From Scyliorhinus canicula (taxonomy: Eukaryota): DNA of 64,000 nucleotides. A model generated the notes under the pieces. It was given only the letters and a program-made list of their open reading frames with translations, was not told the origin of the DNA and did no database searches. The stretch spans positions 152,869,383 through 152,933,382 of the forward strand of contig NC_052149.1 in NCBI RefSeq assembly GCF_902713615.1. The letters are read 5' to 3'. Position numbers and translations under genes: made by a program. Shown here one piece after another: positions 58,401 to 64,000 of the stretch; positions within the stretch are counted from its first letter, which is position 1, and each line of letters opens with the position of its first letter.

Positions 58401-61400
58401 TCATTGTCCTTCTGGTCTTTCTAATGCAAGTACTTAAAGAGTGCCAAAGCAGACACTGCAAATATCATTCCCGGATATGTTGCACCGCAGATACTAAGCA
58501 CGTGGGTAGAGAATATATTGGCAAAAAGTTCAAAGGTAACGTAGCTCAGGCATTGCAGGCTGCATGCCATTTTACAGAAATTGCAAGCACGTAGGGAGTA
58601 TTTATTAATATCTACGAGTTGGTCGGGCCAATGTGCTTCTCAAGAAGCATACATTTTTTATGAAAAAGGGAATTATCTAGGATTGCGATGAAGAAACATT
58701 TCTCCATTTTGGCACATGAATCGTTGGAATTCCCTGCTCCAGAGGGTTCTGGATGCACCATTATTGAATATATTCAAGAGTTTCCCAGAGAAAATAGAAA
58801 ACCATGAAAATATTCATTTGTGTTATTGCTATATGGGTGATGTGGCAGATCATTTTACAAAATACTAAAAACAGTACCCTACTTTGCCTGACACTATGAA
58901 AGATGAAGAATTACCATTAGTGTGGAGCTTTTACCAAGCACTCTTTATTCAATTATTGACAGCATTTTTGAGCTGTAAAACTCCATTTTAACTATGAAGA
59001 ATTTGCTTAAATATCTGGAACATCCAGGAAACAAGCCCTGCTTCAGATCTTGGATGGGACAAATTGATCTTTCTGGATCAAAACAACCTTAATATTAGGC
59101 TATTACTTCTTAATTCATCTGTTACTCAATCTGTTCAATGAAGAATCTATGACTGAGAAACCAGGTAAGTAAGTCTACAGCTAACTCAAAAACAGATATC
59201 AACTATGACAATGGAACAAAGCGTTTTGTCCTCTTAAATCTCGGATTTCTATTGTGTGGTCTGGTTCCTGCTCGGTGTGGTGCCATTCAAGATACACATA
59301 GAGGTTCAATTGGTATAAGAATCCCAAACAATTAATTTGGTTCAATTAAATTCAAATTGCACTCTGGAGAAAAGAACTTTACCCTATGGCCACTTTCTAA
59401 AGTTACACTGCAATTATCCCATCAATTACTCTGCAGTCGGGCTCGAGCCAGGGTTTCTTGCTCGTTCAGTTTTATTGCCGGAAAATAACAAATTGTAAAC
59501 ATATCAGCAGAAATCTCAGCCATGACCTCCACTGTTCTTCTAGGAACCTGCTGGATTTTGTTAAAGAACGTTGACATTCTTTTCAAAGAGATTTCAAGAG
59601 AAAATATCAATGAAACCAAGATACACCGCTATTTTTACAAGATATTTAGTAGAGGCAATTTAAGACACCCATTAGCCACAAGAATTAGGAATAGGAGTAA
59701 ACTATATGGCCCCTTGCGCCTACTCCTCCATTCAATTCGATCAAGACAGTTCTCTTTTCCATCTGCTCCCCAAATCCCTCGATTTCCTGAAAGATCACAG
59801 ATCTATCCATCCCAGCGGAATTGCGTTGCGATGGAGGGGGCCAGTCGTCAGACCTTGTTATTGGGCCACCTGCTCAAAATGGAAGCCCGATAGGGGGATT
59901 TGCGACGGAATCTCTCACAATCCCTGCCATGTAAAATCTGCATGACAAGGGATAGAGAATTGCCTCTGATTCGTGCTCCAACCGCAAGTGCAATACAGAG
60001 GGCGTTACATCTCCAGTGGAAAAACATAGGGCGAGATTCTCGGGTCGCCGGCGCCGAAATCATGTTCGCCAATCGGCCGTAGAATTCCTGTTCACGACCG
60101 AGTCAGAGGGGGCGCCGTTTTAGCGTTTCTCCGCACCCTCCAAAGCAGCTGAGAGAGTATGCCGCCAATCGTATCGACGCCCTCAGGACATTGCCTAAGG
60201 CCCCAACCCCGATGCTACGCCCCTGACCAGCCGAGAACTTGACAACGTCAGTAGTGTGTGGTCTCATCCGGTGGTGGCTGCAGACTCATTCCAATGCTGC
60301 CACAGTCGGGGAAGGGTCGATTCGCAGGCAGGGGGGACTTTGTCAGGGGGAGTTGTTGGGGGTGGTCCGGTTGCGTGCGCGAGCCATCCAAAACGGGGGG
60401 CACTATTCCGGTCCCTATCGGCAGTAGTCGGGTGCTCTTCACTGCCTTGGTGCTGGTCCCCAGCAAAAGGAGGATCGGTGGCGGTTTTACGCCACCATTC
60501 CCACGCCGGCGTGAAGACATAGCCCATAGTCTCCAAAAGGAGAATTCCGGCCAAAGTCTCTTATGGACAAATATTAAAATGCCATGGAATGGATTTAACT
60601 TACCACTATTTCTCTGGCAGTTTTTTGCTTTGGAGTCTTGAAGTCAATCATGACCAGGAGTAATAAGGAAACAGTAGCACTTTGCTTGTCATCATACTAC
60701 CAACTTTAAGGGGACGTTGGTGGCGTGGTATTATCACTGCACGAGTAAACCAGAGACCGCGGAGAAATCGTCTAGGGACCCCAGTTCAAATCCAGCCACT
60801 GCAGATGGTGAATTTGTATTCAATGAATAAAAGTCTATTGGTGACCATGAAACCATTGACAATTTCCTAAAAACCTATCTGGTTCACTAATATCCTTTAG
60901 GCAAGGAAATCTGCCATCTTTACCTGGTCTGGCCTACATGTGACTCCAGATCCACAGCAATGTGGCTGACTCTTAACTGCTTCCTATGGGATGGACAATA
61001 AATGCTGGCCCAGCCTGTGATGCCAACGTCCAATGAAAAAAAAAATGTTTGAAGCTGTGAGCAGCTCTCTCTCCACCATACAACCAGAAGTCCTAGGTTT
61101 GACTTGGTCAGTGCTGAATTAGTTGATCTCTGGCAGGGAAAAGGAGGCAGTTATAACTTGCCCCTGAAGGTCAGGGTTAGGAAAAGGAAAATCATTCAAG
61201 GTTTATCATGTGATTGGTTATCACTGATCCTGTTGAGAAGTATGCTTGTACAGACTGAAAACCTCCAATACTGTGTAGCTTACCATGAAGGGTTAGTTTT
61301 AGGCAAGGTGCAATATGACCATGAGCACTGCTAAACCCCACTTGAAGAATCAGTGCTTTGTATGGAAAGAAAAAAACTAAGGAAGGAATTAATTAGTGTT

Positions 61401-62086
61401 AAGAATGCTGAATTATGTGATCCTCAGAAATTAGTCACAAATCCCACCACAGTAGTTAGGAAAATTCAATGCCTTAAATAAAAAATCCAATAAAAGGTTA
61501 GCACGTAACGTTGATTATAAATGAACGGAATTGTGGTGAAAAAATCTGGTTCACTAGCATTTAAGAAAGAAAGTCTGCCATTCCTAAATGCCCTGACCCA
61601 AGTGTGACTTTGTAACCCACAATGCGATTGACTCTTAACGGCTCTCTGAAACAGCTTAGCTAACTACTCAGTTGTATTCAAGGTGGTTCACCTTCTCAAG
61701 GGCAGTTAAGGATAAGCAATAAACGCTGGCCTTACCAGTGACACACACATCCCATGAGTACAGAAGAAAAACCTACCTACAGGATTGTTGGGTTTATATG
61801 GCCCAAGCTTGTATTCATCTGGAAGAGGAGAGAGTGCCTGGATCTGTTCACTTGATGGTTCTCCACATGTTGTGGAACTGTTTTCCATTATTTCAGTGTT
61901 TTCATCCACATTGTTTCTTAGATTATAGCTGTGCCTTTCACAATCTTGATCACCTTTGCTGACATCATCCATTTTGTCTGTTTGGACAGATTTTATTTTC
62001 TGAGCCAGGATACCCTGAGGATCATCAACCTTATCGAGGGCAAAAAACTCACCCATATATTCTGGACACCGTATGCCTTCTGATTT
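55438..62086 (-). CDS. MATR3: Matrin-3-like protein, 3' exons 62086-61777, 58380-58259 and 55503-55438 (gene continues beyond the window)
   Basis: Spliced product ...[16 protein letters not shown]|[40 protein letters not shown]|[21 protein letters not shown] closely resembles the MATR3 C-terminus as I recall it ([42 protein letters not shown].THC...HYQKLK); GT-AG boundaries, phases 1 and 0. Orthology versus a paralogue is not established. Confidence 0.75.
55770..58170. mobile_element. SINE cluster in the matrin last intron: V-SINEs at about 55770-55925 (-), 56660-56945 (+), 57085-57330 (+, chimeric), 57900-58170 (+); second-family SINE at 57458-57642 (+)
   Basis: Each has a recognisable tRNA-like head and the family tail seen elsewhere in the window. 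Confidence 0.75.
58259..58380 (-). CDS. MATR3: Matrin-type (U1-like C2H2) zinc-finger exon
   Basis: CKLC...HC...HY spacing; acceptor tctctttcag, donor AAG|gtaagc; 122 nt. Confidence 0.88.
60029..60552. mobile_element. Harbinger-type MITE
   Basis: TIRs gggcgagattctc ... gagaattccggcc; GC-rich, non-coding. Confidence 0.7.
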
Positions 62087-62170
62087 CTAAAGTGAAAAAA
62101 ACATCACAATAGTACAAATGTCACAGGTTCACAGAGCGATTCAACAGCTTTACTGTACAGACAAGTTCAC

Positions 62171-62263
62171 TTCTAAGATCTTTGGCTGCTCCAATGTCAT
62201 TTTTGGCTGCGGTAACAGAATAATGGGACACTGGTCTTTTTGAGTTTGATGGTCCAAAGAGTC
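62171..62263 (-). CDS. Possible upstream exon of the matrin-3-like gene
   Basis: Acceptor catctttacag at 62264; open in two frames with alternative donors at 62170 (gtgaac) or 62153 (gtaaag), both phase 0, matching the 62086 acceptor; boundaries uncertain. Confidence 0.35.
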
Positions 62264-62569
62264 CTGTAAAGATGCATTTGTCTCAAAACCATGACTGCAT
62301 AAATGTTATTTTGGGAGTTAAATCACAGCCATTCTGAAAGCAAGCAAATGAGCAAAAGTCAAATTCACAGAGCAGGAAGAACTCAAACAAAACAGGCAGG
62401 GAAAGAAGGGATGTTTCTACAGAGGGTGAAAACCATATAAAAGGTCATTTGGACTTTAGTGTTGAAATTCAGCTGGATCAATGCTGGAGCGGAGGTCATT
62501 TCTGCTAAATAGTGCTAAAGACTCCACCAACAAGCAATGAAATGGTCCAAAGGTGAGTCCACAACTGTT

Positions 62570-63935
62570 ATAAAATAGAGATGGAGGGTCACGTGATGTG
62601 TTGTCCTGCATCATGTGGGAGCTGGTGGACCCCAGTGACATCTGTAGTAAGTGTTGGTTGTGTGAGGAACTCTGGCTCAGAGTTGATACGCTGGATTCTG
62701 AGCTTCAGTCGCTGTGACACATCAGGGAGGGGGGGGAGGTACCTGGGCACTGTATTCCAGAAGGCAGTCATACCCTTGCTGCTAACTACCTTGAATTTGT
62801 CCAGTGGTCAGGGACAGGAGGGTGTGGCTGCGAGTGAGGCAGTGGAAGGATCCTACGTTCAGGAATGGGGGAGCCTCGGCTCTTGACCTTTTCCAACAAC
62901 TACAAAGTCCTTGCTCCTATGTGGATGAGGAAAAGGACTGTAGGGAGGATGAGCTAGCTGACCATTGCACAGTGGTACAGGAGGCCATTCAAGCAGGGGC
63001 GGGGGCAAAAAGACAAGTGGTAGTTGTAGGGGATTCTATAATTAGGGGGACAGATAGCATTCTTTGTAAGCAGGACAAGACACCTGCATGGTATGTTGCC
63101 TGCCCGGTGCCGGGGTAAGGGACATCTCTAACTAGCTTGAAAGGATATTGGAGTGGGAAGGGGAGGGTCCAGTTGTTGTGGTCCACATTGAGAAGAACAA
63201 CATAGGCAAGAATAGAAGAGGATTTGGAACTAGGAACAAAATTAAAGAACAGGTCCTTAAGAGTTATAATCACCAGATTACTACCCGAGCCATATGCAAA
63301 TTGAGATAGGAATGTTAAAATTACGGAAGTAAACAAGCGGTTAAAGGAGTGGTGCGGGAAAAGAGGGGTTCCATTTCATGGGGCACTGGCACCAGTATTG
63401 GAACAGGAGAGATCTGTACCGTTGTGACGGTCTCCACCTGAACCAGTGTTCTAGCGGAAAGGATAAACAGGGTGGGCACAAGGACTTCAAAAGAGCAAAT
63501 GGGGCCTGAGGGGGGAGGGGTGAGACTACACGAAGTATAATGGTCAATGAGAACCAGAGCAGCAAGTCAGCATGCGAGGAGAAGGTAGAGGTTAATAGAA
63601 TAAACAGGCATGGCCAATCTAACGTCTGCAGAGGGATAAGAAAATGCAAAAAATTAAAATATGTGGCGACTGTGGGAATAAAAGTTGGAAATGAGGCTCA
63701 ATGTTATCAGAGATTAATGAAGGAGGTGAGAATATTTGAAAAGCATAGTGCACAAGAAAATCCTGTAAGGGAAAGACAAATCAGTAGGACATATTTAAAA
63801 ACCTTGTACCTAAATGCACGCAGTGTTCTGAATAAGGTCAATGAGCTGACGGCACAAATAGAGACAAAGGGATATGATTTAGTGGGGATCACTGAAACAT
63901 GGTTCCAGGAGAACGGGACTGGGAGTTAAATGGCC
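62570..63935 (+). mobile_element. CR1 LINE 5' part (ORF1 esterase and start of ORF2 endonuclease), 3'-truncated
   Basis: VVVVGDSIIRG (GDS motif) and LYLNARSVLNKVNEL...DLVGITETW; followed by a V-SINE tail at the window edge. Confidence 0.8.
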
Positions 63936-64000
63936 ACAGGTACTCTTTTAAAAATAAATTTAGAGTACCCAATTCATTTTTTCCAATTAAGGGGCAATTT

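Noticed and set aside
1-64000. CRISPR arrays, rRNA genes, prokaryotic systems
   Set aside because: No regularly spaced repeats or rRNA-like sequence; the window is clearly intron-containing vertebrate DNA.

Overview
Repeat-rich vertebrate genomic DNA, almost certainly from a cartilaginous fish. This is inferred from HE1-type V-SINEs, CR1/HER1-type LINEs, Penelope-like and Harbinger elements; a catshark-like species is plausible but not provable here. Two convergent host genes are present. (1) On the + strand, about 2.8-37.7 kb, is an apparently intact, non-rearranging antigen-receptor-like IgSF gene that I assembled by hand from splice sites: leader, a single pre-joined VJ-type exon (G strand WCGCGLSLKV, no RSS seen), three Ig-heavy-chain-like C1 exons, an uncharged TM exon, and a cytoplasmic exon with an ITIM-like SVYQNV. 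All junctions through the TM exon are phase 1 and in frame, giving about 521 aa. The 3' terminal exon is uncertain. I cannot assign it to a named gene, and it is the main candidate for an undescribed system. (2) On the - strand, about 51.8-62.3 kb, is the 3' end of a matrin-3-like gene (matrin-type zinc finger). The rest is mostly TE-derived: a gag-only LTR element with TSD, a two-gene Harbinger with related MITEs, CR1, L1, RTE and Penelope fragments, two SINE families, a perfect 184-bp palindrome carrying hammerhead-ribozyme cores, and a degenerate tRNA-His. TE boundaries are approximate unless a TSD or TIR is cited. All family assignments come from motif recognition, not database searches.
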